64,000 nt of DNA from Octopus sinensis (GCF_006345805.1 NC_042997.1:161138001-161202000), one strand, 5' to 3'; counted from the first letter of the stretch, positions 42,035 through 56,153 are shown. Notes: generated by a model from the sequence alone, not told the origin. Numbers and translations: made by a program.

Positions 42035-42123
<89 letters not shown>

Positions 42124-42126
<3 letters not shown>

Positions 42127-42771
42127 GTACAGGACGTTACCAACTGTGTAAACAACATGAAATACGAAATTAAACGAGTTAAACACGCAAACAAAGAGAA
42201 AAAAGAAAACTGGAAACAGGCCAAGTAAATACAGAGAACGACTATTCATCAGTTGTCCGCTCTCTATTTACTCCTCATTTCGAGCATTCAGCGGCAATAT
42301 GAGTTTTTAAAGACAGTTGCTCCCATAAATTAAAAAATAAAATTTTGGATATATGGAGAGTCAAACTTGGGAGCAAAATCAGGACAGTGGAGCTATACTA
42401 GGAAGCCGAACAAAAACAAACATGGAGGGTTGTTAGACCAAAAAGAGAGGAAAGTAATGAACACTGGAAGAAATATTTTCTTTGAGAAGAGAAAAAATAG
42501 AATATAGAAGAAGAAAACATCCAGTCCTTTGGACGTCGTGCAGGAAAAGAAAGGTGGACGATGGTCACGTGTGAGCAAGAAGAGAGACAAGAGAAAAAGG
42601 AAGAGAGAGACAGAGAGAAATCTGTGAAAGAGGGAGGGAGAGGAAAGGGAATTAAAGAAGGACAGAGGAAGAAAACAGTATAGAGTAGAGTCGCATCAAA
42701 AAGGTTAAGATAAACTTACTTGGAAATGGATGCGTAGAGTTCAATTAATAAATATAATATAAATAATATAT

Positions 42772-42833
<62 letters not shown>

Positions 42834-43535
42834 TAGATAGAGAGAGAGTGAGAGAGAGAGAGAGAGAGATAGAAAGATAAATAGATAGATAGATACTATT
42901 TCTCCCACCGTTCACTACTCTGCTCATGTTCTCGTCTAACGACCCTGTATGTTTCTTTTCGTTCGGTTTCGTTGCATGTCTCCACTGTCCTGTTTCTGTT
43001 CCCAATTTTGGTCCGCTATAAATCCCCAATTTTTTTTTTTTTGGAATTTATGGGAGCAACTGTTCTTGAAAACTCATATCGTCATTGAATGCTTGAAATG
43101 AGGAGAAGAAAGACAGCCGACAACTCTGCTTACTTGTCCTGTTTTCCCTTTATCTCTCGTTGTTTGCGTATTTAACGCGTTTGTTTTCATACTTCATGTT
43201 GTTTACACAGTTGGTGACGTCCTGTACCCATATATGAAAGAGAAAAGATAGAAGAGAGAGACAGAAATTGTCCAATCCTTTGAACGTCTGTGAAGGAAAA
43301 GAAAGATGGTCACGAGATGAAAAGAAAGATGGATGATGGTCACTGTGAGCAACGAGAGAGTGAAAAAGAGAAAGAGGGGAGAAAGAGGCAGATAGAAAAC
43401 AATGAAATAGGGAAGGGAAGAAAATTAATTAAAGAAGGAGGGGGAAGAAAACAGTGTACAGTAGAGTCGCATCAAAAAGGTTACTTAGAAATGGATGAGT
43501 GGCGTTCAGTAAAATAAATATAATGTAAATGATAG

Positions 43536-43579
<44 letters not shown>

Positions 43580-43985
43580 ATATATGTATACATGAGTTCA
43601 CCAACTGTTTAAACAACATGAAATACGACAACAAACGAGTTATATACCTAAACAACGAGAGAAAAAATGGAAAACAGGACAAGTAAACACAGAGGCGACC
43701 CTTTGTCAGTCGTCTGCTGTCTATCTACTCTCCACTTCGAGCATTCAACGACAATACGAGTCATCAAAGATAGTTGCTCCTATAAATTCTAAAATACAAT
43801 TCAGCATCTATGAAGGCTCAAAGTAGGAAACAAAAATAGGGCATTGGAAGCGAAAAAGGAAACCGAACGAAAATGAACACGTATTTAGTTGTCCTGTTTT
43901 CCGTTTTTTCTCTCGCTGTTTGCATATTTAACTCGTTTGTTTTCGTATTTCATGTTGTTTACACAGTTGGTGACGTCCTATGGTT
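42124..43985. repeat. Mosaic of four alternating-orientation copies of one dispersed repeat
   Basis: The segment beginning ACAGGACGT(T/C)ACCAACTGTGTAAACAACATGAA occurs at about 42124 (+), 43035-43232 (-), 43590 (+) and 43885-43980 (-). A further partial copy lies at 54410-54530. Confidence 0.75.
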
Positions 43986-43989
43986 CAGT

Positions 43990-44769
43990 ATAATATATTT
44001 GAAAAATGATTAGAGATGGTCTCTGGTGTGATCATTTTTATTTTAATGATAATGTTTACCAGTTACTATTGTGAGCTTTGAGCTTTTCGATGGCCGTTTT
44101 GAAACTGAAATTCTTTGGATTAGAATGTTGTTTATATAGCAAAAGATTTTTTTCTTACAAGTATACAAATATAAAATAAAAATAGAGAATAAAAGATAGA
44201 AAAAATACAAAATAAAGAGTATAAAAACAAATATAATAAATAATATAAAAAATAAATAAATAATATAAAAAATAAATACAATAGCATGTGTGAAAAAGGA
44301 AGGAAGAAGAAAAGAGGAAGTAAAATGAAAAAAGAAAGAGAAAGAGCAAAATTTGGAAGGTAAGAAGTCAAAAAGTAGCTGAAAATGATAACGAAAGAGA
44401 TTAGTCTATCAGGAATAAAGAAATGGAATATTTTTAGGATTGGTCAAAAATGTTATTGAGTTCTTGTCAAAAGGTGACCTTTGTGAATCTTTTGATCTGA
44501 GTTTATTCTATACTTTTTTACAGTTGGTATGGTGTGCCCTTATTTAATCACATACACACATACATATAGACATACGCATAAGCATACATACACATACTCC
44601 ACACATTTACAACAGCGTTTATACATACATCCACACACACAAACACTCACTTTCACACCTGCATCTACGTATACACATACATTCGCACACGCACACGCCC
44701 ATTCATGTATCCATATGTACACACACATATATATACACATATATAAACACCCCCCCATATATATATATA

Positions 44770-44865
<96 letters not shown>

Positions 44866-46465
44866 TTCAGAGATACATGCATATATATATATGTGTAACC
44901 ATGCATATGTCTTCACACATACACACATGACAGGGTGTACATCTCTACAAACCTATATCCCTATATTTTTATGTAAATATACATACTTACATATCTGCAT
45001 ACACATATATACATATATACACACACCTGTAGCTAGCATTTTTTTAAATGTGGGAAAAGAAAATTCAAAATATTCTTTTTCTTCAAACTGAGGATAGAAA
45101 AGGAAAATTTTCGTAAGGCCAAGGAAGAATATTTTATTCGAAAATATGAATTGAATTGCACTAGTTTCAGCTCACGAACTGTGACCATGCTGGTGTACAC
45201 CACTTGATTTTACGACATACACATTTCTTACTTCGCTAAAAAAATTTTCTTAAAACTTGACATTTGATTCATGAGAGAATCTGACACCGTTGCCTTCTCT
45301 TGCACTTTTTGCTGTGAAGTTAAATTCATCTAGGATCCTTGAGAAGAAGAGATCTAATCCTGTGGGGTTTTTTTTTTACACTTACGTTCACCTGATATCA
45401 GTATAACTCTTTTTTGTACATATATGTGCGGAAACATCTATAGGTGTGTGTATTTATTTATATATGTGTATGCAGGTATGTAAGTATGTATATTTACACA
45501 AAAAATTATAGGGATATAAATTTGTATAGATGTACACCCTGTTATGTGTGTATGTGTGAACACGTATGCATGTGTACACATATATGTGTTTGTATGTGTA
45601 ATTATATTATGTGCATGCGTGTGTACAAATATATGTATATGTGTGTATAGGGGTGTGATTATATGTGTGTGTATATGTGTGTGTGTGTACGTATGGATAT
45701 TTATGTATACACGTCTCCATGTGTATATATATGAATGTGTGTGGGGTGTATGTGCGAATGTATGTGTATATATGTGAGTACATAGATGCAGGTGTGTAAG
45801 TGTGTGTGTATGTGTGTATGTATGCATGTATAGACGCGTGTTTAGAAGTCTGGATGTATACGTATGTATGTGTATGTGGATGTATGTATATGTGTGTGTA
45901 TGTGACTAAACAAGGGTACACCATACCAACTGTAAAAAATGAATAAAATGACCTCAAGTGAAAAGATTTACAAAGGTCATCTGTTGACAAGAACTCAACA
46001 ACATTTTAACCACTCTTAAAAATATTCCATTTCTTTATTCCTAATCTCTTTTCACGGCCATTTTCGACTACTTTTTCTTTTTCCTTTTTCTTCTTTTTTT
46101 CACGAATGCTGTTGTATTTACTTCCTGTATTCTCATATTTTTTATCATTTTTATATTAGTTTATTTTGTATTTTTCTTTCTTTTAACTCCTATTTTATTC
46201 TTTATTTGTATACTCCTTTACTCCTTTACTTGTTTCATGTCATTTGACTGTGGCCATGCTGGAGCACCGCCTTGTATACATGTAAAAATGTAAACATTTA
46301 AAAAATCTATTTGTATATAAAAAAAAACCCTTCTAAACCACAGAATTTCAGTTTGAAAACAACTAGCGGTAAGCTCTAAACTCATTTGAGTAACTGTAAA
46401 CATTATCATAAAAGTAAAAATGACCCCTCACACACACCAAAAGCCAGCTCTACTCATTTTTTCAT
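43990..46465. mobile_element. Old inverted-arm element with a Penelope-like ORF end in its spacer
   Basis: Diverged inverted arms of about 1 kb (about 43990-45030 and 45430-46465). The spacer encodes CGKRKFKIFFFFKL..NFRKAKEEYFIRKYELN. Confidence 0.7.
45025..45155 (+). pseudogene. Penelope-like GIY-YIG endonuclease C-terminal remnant
   Basis: FKIF.F.KL...RKAKEEYFIRKY..LN resembles the PLE ORF terminus (R..KE..FI..F.P.LN). Recognised from memory. Confidence 0.55.
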
Positions 46466-46480
46466 ATATATATATATATA

Positions 46481-47465
46481 CGAGCAAAACGCCCCCCGTC
46501 CAATGGACGGTACTGAGTTGTCAAACATTTAAACCAAATTTTCTCAAAACAACTTGTCCGACCGTCCCATAGGCCTTTCCTTTGAGAAACACTAATTTAA
46601 CCTAAATTTGAGACACCAGTAAAAGAAGAAATAAAGATAGACTTTTTTCTATTCCAAAGAAAAACAATTTTATTCACACAAATATGAAACCGAAGAATTT
46701 AAAGTACCAGTAATGATAAGGCTGTTGACTGGAAGAACACAAACATGGTTTAAACAGTAAGCTTGGCAGGAAAGAAACGTGCCTTTAAGTAGTACAAAAA
46801 CAACAAAAAATGGAAGGTGCAGTTATGTACAGGTTGGCGGAAGAAAAGCAGGACAAAAACGATGCATGCAAATTGGTTAACTGGAGGTAAATCTAGATGG
46901 AAAAGCATGAATTTATAAGAACATACCTGGGACAATAATAAGTTTATCCGATAAAACGTAGGAAATCAACTTGGGGCGATTTTTGATGAAAAGCAACAAC
47001 CTAGGGAACTAAGTAACTAATTTTAAGCTGACTTACTTTACGGGATGTTCAAGAGCATGGAAAAGCTAGTGGAGCGCAGCCTTGTAAACCACATTCCTTG
47101 TTACTCCGTCTGGAGCGTAGTAGAAAACGTTTGTCGAACAGCCAACACCCCAACGACCCACATACAGTTGTTCGTGCGAAAAGCAGGGAGTGCTGAGGTC
47201 CAACCCCACGACTTTCAATGACTGCCCCTGCACGTGCATTTTTCTCATGTACGCGTAGTATAGATTGCAACAGCTGATGTACTTGCGAGTACAAATGCAC
47301 GTTCCCACGGCTTTATCGATCGCATTCTCACCTGGAATCGAATTTTGCAATTTTTTCAAGACGCCCTGATACCGTCGGTATCTACATATCAAATTTGAGC
47401 GCAATCTGTTGGAGAATGCCCGAGAACCTAGAAGACACACACACACAGACAGAACGGATATATAT
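46481..47465 (-). mobile_element. Non-autonomous Helitron-like element
   Basis: The minus strand starts ATATATCCGTTCTGTCTGTGTGTG and ends with hairpin CCGTCCATTGGACGG followed by CTCG|T (CTRR-like). Confidence 0.6.
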
Positions 47466-47469
47466 CATT

Positions 47470-48130
47470 ATTCAGTTATTCAGTTTTATTTCAAGATTTC
47501 TCGCCAATAGAGAAAGAGATGGTTTCTAATATAGATCCAAAGCTCCTTGGTTGGAATTTCAACATCAACAGGGTATTTTTGTATGTATGTATGTATGTAT
47601 GATGTATGTATGTATGTATGTATGTATTTATGTATGGATGGATGGATGGATTGATGGATACGTGGATGGATGGATGTATGGTTGGATGGATGGATGGATA
47701 CGTGCAGTTTTGTATGTTTTGTTTTATTTATGTATTCTCATGCGTATACTTGCATATCTAGACATGCTCCTATATACTTAAGTGATAAACTTCTGAAAAG
47801 TTTTACAGGTTTTTACAGTTCCAGTGATGGCTTGGATCTGTAGTCTTCGAATCATCTTTCTCCTTTCTGGTTTTGAGGAGCCTAATTTCTCAAGATTGTT
47901 ACTTAGGTAATGTATTACATGTCCCAGTGCCCCAATGATTATAGGTATATTCCTGAACTTGTAATCTGAATAGGGTAATTGTAGATTTCTCAGTAGCTCA
48001 GAGGAAGTATTTTCTTTTCGGCGATCTTTGGCTTTTATGTTAACATCCGGTTGACATGATTTCCACAGCTTTACACAGTTGTTCTTTATTTCAAATCACT
48101 ACATCAGGTCTATTGTTTTTACATTTTATT
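47470..48130 (-). mobile_element. 5'-truncated RLE-type LINE 3' fragment
   Basis: KNNRPDVVI, PIIIGALG and IQAITGT remnants. 3' UTR contains (TATG)n/(GATG)n. Same family as 60455-60925. Confidence 0.8.
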
Positions 48131-48267
48131 GAGATTCGCAAGTGGACATTCCACCAGTACTTTGTTTTATTATAAGTGGCTATCGCTTCTACCATATAAG
48201 TGGATTCTTATTTCTTTGGCATCAGAGTTTTCCTACAGGCTAGTATACTTGTATGTATGTGTGTGTG

Positions 48268-48299
<32 letters not shown>

Positions 48300-48964
48300 T
48301 GTATGTATGTATGTATGTATGTTGTATGTATGTATGTAGGTAGGTATGTATGTATGTATAATGCGGCCAGTTGGTAAAGACTAGATTGCTTTGCAGAATT
48401 CGTTCCGACTCTTTGCACTCTGAGTTCAAATCGCACCGGAATCAACATTGCTTCTCGTTCTTTCCGGATCTATGGTTCTCTGACTCTTTTCTTTTGTCTG
48501 TCTCTTTCTCTCCTTCTGTAAGAAATCGACTGTCGACAAATATGCTGAAAAATGGACTCTAACAAATCTAAAAACGCCTAAAGTACACCACGTACCACAG
48601 TGGTGCACTTAAGTTGCATTTAACACACACACACACACACATATATAATGCATATAAATATGAATATATATAGATAGACAGATATATATTGCATATAAAT
48701 ATATATATATAATATATTTATATTTATATGTATAATGCAAACAAATATATATCTTTGTATATGTGTATTTAATATATAGTATATATATATATATTATATA
48801 TTAGAATTATATAATATATATATAAGCACACACCCACATATACAAATATATATAATTATTTGCATTATATGTATAAATATATATATATTTTTTTAAATAT
48901 ATTTATATGCATCATATATATATATATATACATACATACATACATACATACATACATACATACA

Positions 48965-48996
<32 letters not shown>

Positions 48997-51385
48997 GTTG
49001 ATTTAATACGTTCACATAGATAGTACTAATTTACAAATTACATAATATAATATAATAAAAAGTCTACACTACCGTACCTTTTGACAATTTAAACTATGAT
49101 GGTCTTGACATTTTATAAAAGTAGGTTGGAGCAACGACGGCTACCTTTATAATGCGATTTAAATTCTCGCTTTTAATGATAACTCATGCTATTTTCTCTA
49201 CTTCGGCTACTGTAGTTCTGTTGTCGCTGTTCCTGCTGTCGTCATCGCTGCTGCCACCGCCAACGCAGTCAACCTAATTAAGTGGACTAGGATTGCAGGA
49301 AATCGATATCGCGGTTTCCAGCATCTGCAACCCTGTTCATTATAAACAAACTGTTGATTCTTTACAAAAGCGTATTTTAATTTTTATTGTCGTTTTTTAA
49401 AAAAAAATTGCACTCACAATATTCTGCTTGATCTGTAGGTATCTCCTTTACTGTTACAATCTATCAGACTTTTCATATTTTATTCCTTTCTAAGATATTT
49501 CTTATACTTCACATACTTTTAGCAGTCAATGCACTTTCTATATTTGCCTTTTAACTGATAATCTTTATCTATATTTCCCTTTCTACTTTCTTTATATGAT
49601 CTGTCTTTCCTTCACTTTCTACATATTGTTTAGTTCATGTGGAGCAGCAGTTCAATAATAACTGGATATTTTTGGATCTTGAAAAAAAAAAAGAATTATT
49701 AATAGGAAAACTTGCGCAGGAATATAACATATGAAAAAGATGCTAAAGTGAACGAGTCGCTTGAAAACGGACTTATACTGAACTAGAAAAAGTGTTTAAA
49801 GTAGCAGGACTAAGAAAGGTGGAAGCGGTGGCGGTGATGGCAGAAAGTGTGAAACAGTATGATCATTATTTTTTAGTATGAAAAAATCTACCTCTCACTA
49901 AATCTTCATTGGAATTTTAAAAGCTAGGTGAGGAAAAGAAAAGATAGAAAAATACTGACATTTACAGCGGGGAATTTGGCTGAAAGTTTCGTGATCATCA
50001 CCGTCATCGTTGACGTTATCATCATTAACACATCATCATCATCATCATCGACATCATCATCATCATCATCATCATCATCAACATCATCATCATCATCATC
50101 ATCATCATCGACATCATCATCAACATCATCATCATTCAAACAGTTCTTTTCCCTATCCATTTCTTTATAATTAATCATTGCCACTCTACATTAGAATAAT
50201 CAATATGATTATCTAACATCTTCTCATTTGTCATATATGATTTAATTTAAATATTAGCCTTTTTAAGATGATTTGAATAACAGCCTACACCGTTATGTTT
50301 GTTTTAAAGATATTTGAACGGTTTTCTAACTGAAGAAAATTACTTTTTCAGCATCTACCTAATATTTCTTCTAAGTTTCTCTTCCTTCCTCGATATTTTT
50401 GATATGTTCATACTACAAGAACACGAACTCTAGTTCAGAGTGCTTTATGTAGAGGAAAGTTAACGGTGCACAAAAAGTTATTTAAATTATAACAGAAGCT
50501 GTGCTAATTAAAACTAACTGAAGTAGACTGTAATCTATACAGAATTTTTACTTCATGAAATAAAATTCCAGACGAAACAACTATCGCACTATTTGGAATA
50601 AATTTTCCTATCTTTTATTATTATTTTTTTTTTCATTTTTTTGCTTCATTACACAATTCACATGGATTAAAATTCCAGGAAGCAAAAGCAATTTTCAGAT
50701 ATCTTTCCGGAGAAAACTGCCAGTCGTTGAATTTGATACAGGTAATAAGTTTACTCAATTATATTCGCTTGAGTGGAATCTTGAAAATATTTTCAACTAT
50801 AACACTTTTAAGGTTTCTTTTTCTCCTTCGATAAGTCTTCTTTTTTGTGCAACTAAATATTTTCCGACAATGTGTTTGTCTTGTTGATCTCGGTAAATAT
50901 TTCATTTAAACATTATGTGTATAATAATTTCTTCAGAAAAATGCATTTCCATTATAAGAATAACAAACGAAAAACAAACATAACTTTCCATTGCATTTTA
51001 TTCTTAAATAAAGAAGTCCTAAGATTTTTCACAATGTTTTATCTTCTAACTCAAATAACATTTCCATATTTATATATTTGGAAAGAACGGGTGTGAAAAG
51101 TATAAAGCAAAACATCATGTCATGTTACTGAGTAGCGTAAATGAAAATTATTTCATTTTTTCTGTAGCAACAAATTTGAAACATAAGTTGTGTTATGTAG
51201 AATGAGATATATTACTATGCGTAAATTTACACAATTATGCCAGTCTATATCTTTGTATGCAAAATATTTGACATACATAACGTGATGAAATATGCATTAC
51301 CGGGCATTTGCTTTCTTCTAAAAGATGCGGATATCAGATTTCGGTAATCTCTCCGACTGGATATAGATACTGATTTCGAGAAATA

Positions 51386-51472
<87 letters not shown>

Positions 51473-51890
51473 GATCGATCGATCGATCTATCTATCTATC
51501 TGTTTATCTATCAATCTATCACTCTATCAACATGTCTTCCACCTATGTCTATCTAGCTATTTCTTTATCTATCTACATATATATCTGTCGATCTGTCCAT
51601 GTGTCTATTTGTCATTGTAGTATGTGAATATAGGCACTCACATGGATACAGACCATCACACATTCGCCCACACATGTAAAAACTAACACATAAGCACGAG
51701 CATATATGCAACATTGTATACTTCAGTGCGCGTGTTTATGTGCGCTAGTCCCACTCAGCGCTTAAAAGCAGGTGTTGGAATATGCAGGTCGTTTCTTTGC
51801 GGTCTAAAATAAAACAGAAATGCTATTTGATCCCGTTTTTTAGGATAAGCGTGCACACACACACGCACACACCACACCATGCTCACCAAA

Positions 51891-51974
<84 letters not shown>

Positions 51975-52554
51975 TTTAAACATGCATTTATATATCAAAC
52001 CATCATAAAATTATATATGTATATATAATATAAGATTCAAGGATCGATGTGTAGGAAAAAAGCACTCCGTAGTAGATATGAAAAAACAACTTTCAGGCAC
52101 AATAGTGGTTTATTGAATCGGAAGGTTGTGGAATTTTTTCATATCAAAGTATGATAAACTGAAAAAAAAGTTCTTCTTATATTTCACGGTAGGCAACCAG
52201 GGTTGCCGGGTGTGCGAATAAGAATACACGAGTAAAGTAATGGAATAGATAAGGTCCGGGCTACATATATTTCATAACGAAAGTAGTAAATATCCAAACG
52301 AAAGTAGCCTGTGTTATACAACTCGCTTGGGTATTTACCATTTCATAGGTTCCACTCGCTATGAATCATATGTAGCCCGGATCTTATCTACTCCATTCCT
52401 TAACTTGTATATATATATGTGTGTGTGTGTATGTGTATAAAGAAACAAGAAAATGGAGATTGTGAAGTTAATAAGAGTTATTAACAACAATCTGAACATC
52501 ATCCCTTACAGCTTTTTCAATTATACAGAGTGAATTAATTAAAAAAATTTTATG

Positions 52555-52832
52555 TGCCCTTTTCAAGCCTAGCCAGGCTCATGGGCCCGGTTTCCCGGTT
52601 TCTCTGGCGTATGAGTTTCCCGTAGCTGGACGGGACGCCAGTCTATCGCAACGTTACCCAAGGAACAGGAAGAAAAAGTGAGAGAAAGTTGAGGCGAAAG
52701 AGTACAACAGGGGTCGCTCACCCCCTGCCGGAGCTTCGTGGAGCTTTAGGTGTTTTCGCTCAATAAACACACACAACGCCCGGTCTGGGAATCGAAACCG
52801 TGATCCTCCGACCGCGATTTCGCTGCCTCCAC
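52555..52832 (-). mobile_element. tRNA-derived SINE (family C)
   Basis: Colinear with 16293-16603. Confidence 0.8.
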
Positions 52833-52959
52833 AAAACATCTTAATATTAAGTTCATATTTCTAAGCATAATATCTTCAGAGGGAACAAAAAATATACCAA
52901 TAGATGACACCATCCCTTCATGAGGCTAACATAACCGCTAATTGAATTTTATATAGTCT

Positions 52960-53234
52960 TTTCTTTTATTCCTTTAACTGTTTCAATCAATTGACTGCGG
53001 TCGTGCTGGAACACCGCATTTAGTCGAACAAATCGACCCAGGACTTATTCTTTGTAAGCTCAGTACTTATTCTGTCGGTTCTTTGCCAATCCACTAAGTT
53101 ATAGGGACGTAAACACAGCAACATCAGTTGCCAAGCGATGGTGGTGGGGACAAACACAGCTACGCATATACATACATACATACATACATACATACATACA
53201 TACATACTACATACATACATGCATGCATATATAC

Positions 53235-53284
<50 letters not shown>

Positions 53285-53405
53285 GCAACGGGATTATTTC
53301 AGTTTCCGTCTACCAATCGACTCAGAAGGCTTTGGACTTGCCCAAGGTGCCACGCAGTGGGACTGAACCTGGACCATGTGAATGGGAAGCAAGCTTCTTA
53401 CCACA
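52960..53405 (-). mobile_element. tRNA-derived SINE (family A)
   Basis: Colinear with 950-1376, with an internal (TACA)n(TA)n tract. Confidence 0.85.
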
Positions 53406-53416
53406 TATTATATATA

Positions 53417-53447
<31 letters not shown>

Positions 53448-53449
53448 GG

Positions 53450-53504
<55 letters not shown>

Positions 53505-53966
53505 GATAGATAGATAGATATAACACCTGAAAATGCATGTAGGTTTATATGTATATAAACATAAGTATGCATAACTCTGTATGCGTGTGTGTGTATGTGT
53601 AAGTGTGTTCAAGTGCGTGTGTGTACACGTTGTGAGTATGGTTCCTTTGTATTAAATCAACTGAAAGTTAGATTTGCGACTATAGGTCTTTGAAGCACAG
53701 CTGCCTCAGATATGTTAATATCCTATACTAATATATTTATGCATACATTTACATAATTATGTCTACCTTTCTCTCTATATTTTTCTTTGCATATATATAT
53801 ATATACGGGTGTGTGTGATTGTGTATAGAAGAATATATTAATAAAAGGAATTCCAACCTTGTCTGATTTTCACGTTTTATTTACAATCTTATAATGATAT
53901 GATATAATATAATATAATATAATATAATATAATAAAATAATAAAATGTTAAATGTTCATTCTGATT

Positions 53967-54009
53967 GAACTAGTACTTTCATGCATTAAATTCTGCAATC
54001 TTCAGGTTC
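53967..54009 (-). ncRNA. Intact minimal type I hammerhead motif
   Basis: GAAC-CTGAAGA-T.TGCA(gaatttaa)TGCA.T-GAAA-GTAC-TA-GTTC: 4-bp stem I, 4-bp stem II, palindrome AGTACT, CUA triplet. Confidence 0.78.
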
Positions 54010-54088
54010 ATGTAGTAGTGGTGACAGTCATGCTTCACAATTTTTGACAGTCAAAAATTGTGAAGCATGACTGTCACCACTACTACAT

Positions 54089-54131
54089 GAACCTGAAGAT
54101 TGCAGAAGTTAATGCATGAACGTACTAGTTC
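54089..54131 (+). ncRNA. Hammerhead motif, mirror copy with core substitution
   Basis: Same motif but GAAA is changed to GAAC. Confidence 0.6.
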
Positions 54132-54258
54132 AATCAGAATGAACATTTAACATTCTATTATTTTATTTTATTTTATTTTATTATATTAATTATATTATAT
54201 CATTATAAGATTGTAAATAAAACGTGAAAATCAGACAGGGTTGGAATTTCTTTTATTA

Positions 54259-54323
<65 letters not shown>

Positions 54324-54650
54324 ATATATAATATAAATAATATATATATATGCATATATACATAAAGATATGTAAATACATACATATATATGTATATATA
54401 TTAGAAAACACAGTTGGATACGTAGACAAAAAAAACAAATGGAAAACAAGACAAATAACATAAAGAATGAACTTTCATCAGTTGTCGGTTGTCCATCTAC
54501 TCCTCATTTCGAGCATTGAACGATACATATACATATATTTATATATATATACACACACACACACATTTATATGTATATGTATATTTACGTACACACACAC
54601 ATATATATATACATATATGTGTGTGTGTGTGTGTATGTGTGTGTGTGTGT

Positions 54651-54733
<83 letters not shown>

Positions 54734-54865
54734 TGTGAGTCTGGGTGCCTTTGTGCGTGTCTGTGTTTGTCTGCTCGGGTGTGTGTATTTGTGTATTTTA
54801 AAGTAGAGGAAAAGTTACATGCGTGACAACAGATTTTTGACTCAACATTTTTGCATCTATGTTAG

Positions 54866-56037
54866 TATATATAGCCTATAAATAATGCAGTTTTTTCAAT
54901 TGCGTAAACTAAAAGTCGGAGTGAGATGTGATAAACTACCTGCATCAACTTGCCATAAAACCAGATAGTAATTTTACCTAGTACTTATTCTCAGTACAAG
55001 TTTTGAAGAATGCAGTTCGATTTTAGCAGTTATTTTTTCAAAGCTATAGTGGAAGTAACAAAGACTCATATTCGGCATATTTTGCTTTATGAGTTCAATA
55101 AAGGAAACATGCAACGGAAATGCGAGGAATATTAATGCAGTATATGGAGATCGGACATTAAGCGTAAGCCAGTGTCAACGGTGGTTCCAGGAATTCCGAG
55201 CCGGAAACTACAACCTAGAAGACGAGCCTCGTCCTTCCTGGAAGATCTGTAGAGTTCGACGAAGACATCCAGCAAACCCTGGTGGAAAAAGTCCCATCGT
55301 AACTGCTGAGGAACTTGCAGAGAAGCTCATTCAACTATTCATCGACACCTGCGGAAAAGTCAGCAAATTGGGTTAATAGGTTCCTCACAAACTTTCCAAG
55401 TCTAAACGCGCGCAGAGAGTGAATGTGTGCTCCTCTTTGCTGTCACGTCTCACGAATGAACTTTTTTTTAACCGAATAGGGACTAGTGACGAGAAGTGGG
55501 TTCTCTATAAAAATGTCAAGCGCTGATGGCAGTGGCTAGGGAAAGGAGAAACACCGGCATCCCAGGCTAACCAAACGATAACAAAGGAGATCTACTGCGA
55601 GCAATTTAGGAGGTTAAAGTCAGCGCTAGAAGAAAAACGACCATCTTTTGTTTCAAGACAAAAGGTGTTCTTCCATCATGCTTGGCCACATACAGCGAAG
55701 ATGACATTCCAAAGGCTGGAGCAGTTTAAATGGGAAACGATGCCCCATCTACCGTATTCGCCGAAGATTGCACCATCTGATTATCATTTGTTCCGCAGTC
55801 TTCAAATTGATCTGGACGGAAAAATAAGAATTTTGTAGACGAGGTCAGAACAGTACTGGAGGAGTATTTTTCGTCACGGACAAATGAATTTTGAAAGTGG
55901 GGCCTTGCAAGTCTACTAGATAGATGGAAGAGCTTTGTAGAAAATGAAGGAGAGTATATTTGAGATAAACAGAATTTGTTTATCTTAATTTTAAAAAATA
56001 TAAGTATAAAGACCGCATTATTTATGGGATGACCCCG
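54866..56037 (+). mobile_element. Decayed mariner (DD34D) with internal deletion
   Basis: HIRHILLYEFNKG, TSDEKWVLY and PYSPKIAPSDYHLFRSLQ. Right TIR CCGCATTATTTATGGGATGACCC. Degenerate left TIR CCTATAAATAATGCAG. Confidence 0.85.
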
Positions 56038-56153
56038 GTGCCCCTGTACGGCCGCAGCCTCAAGGCTGAAACATGAAAGAATTTAAAAAAATGAAAGTAT
56101 ATATGTGTGTGTGCGCGCGCGCGTGTGTGTATATATGTATGTATGTATGTATA

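Larger units (their letters stand above)
53806..54265. mobile_element. Spacerless palindromic hammerhead mini-element in (TA)n
   Basis: Arms 53833-54048 and 54050-54265 around a single central base (54049), tail 53806-53832, (TA)n on both sides. Confidence 0.85.

Noticed and set aside
42230-42330. CTGATGA and GAAA words in the 42-44 kb repeat family (also at 54470)
   Set aside because: The order and pairing do not give a canonical type I, II or III fold, and copies disagree at core positions.
49980-50140. Poly-Ser/poly-Asp ORFs
   Set aside because: (CAT)n trinucleotide repeat with no flanking coding signal.
21404-54265. A-to-G bias between fold-back arms as a fossil editing signature
   Set aside because: Differences inspected by eye are mixed (A/C, T/G, C/T, A/G) with no clear bias, and are too few to test.
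53806-54265. Interpretation of the fold-backs as MITEs, microRNA hairpins or CRISPR arrays
   Set aside because: The ends are asymmetric with tails rather than TIR-symmetric, the stems carry ribozyme cores and are far longer than pre-miRNAs, and there is no repeat-spacer periodicity.
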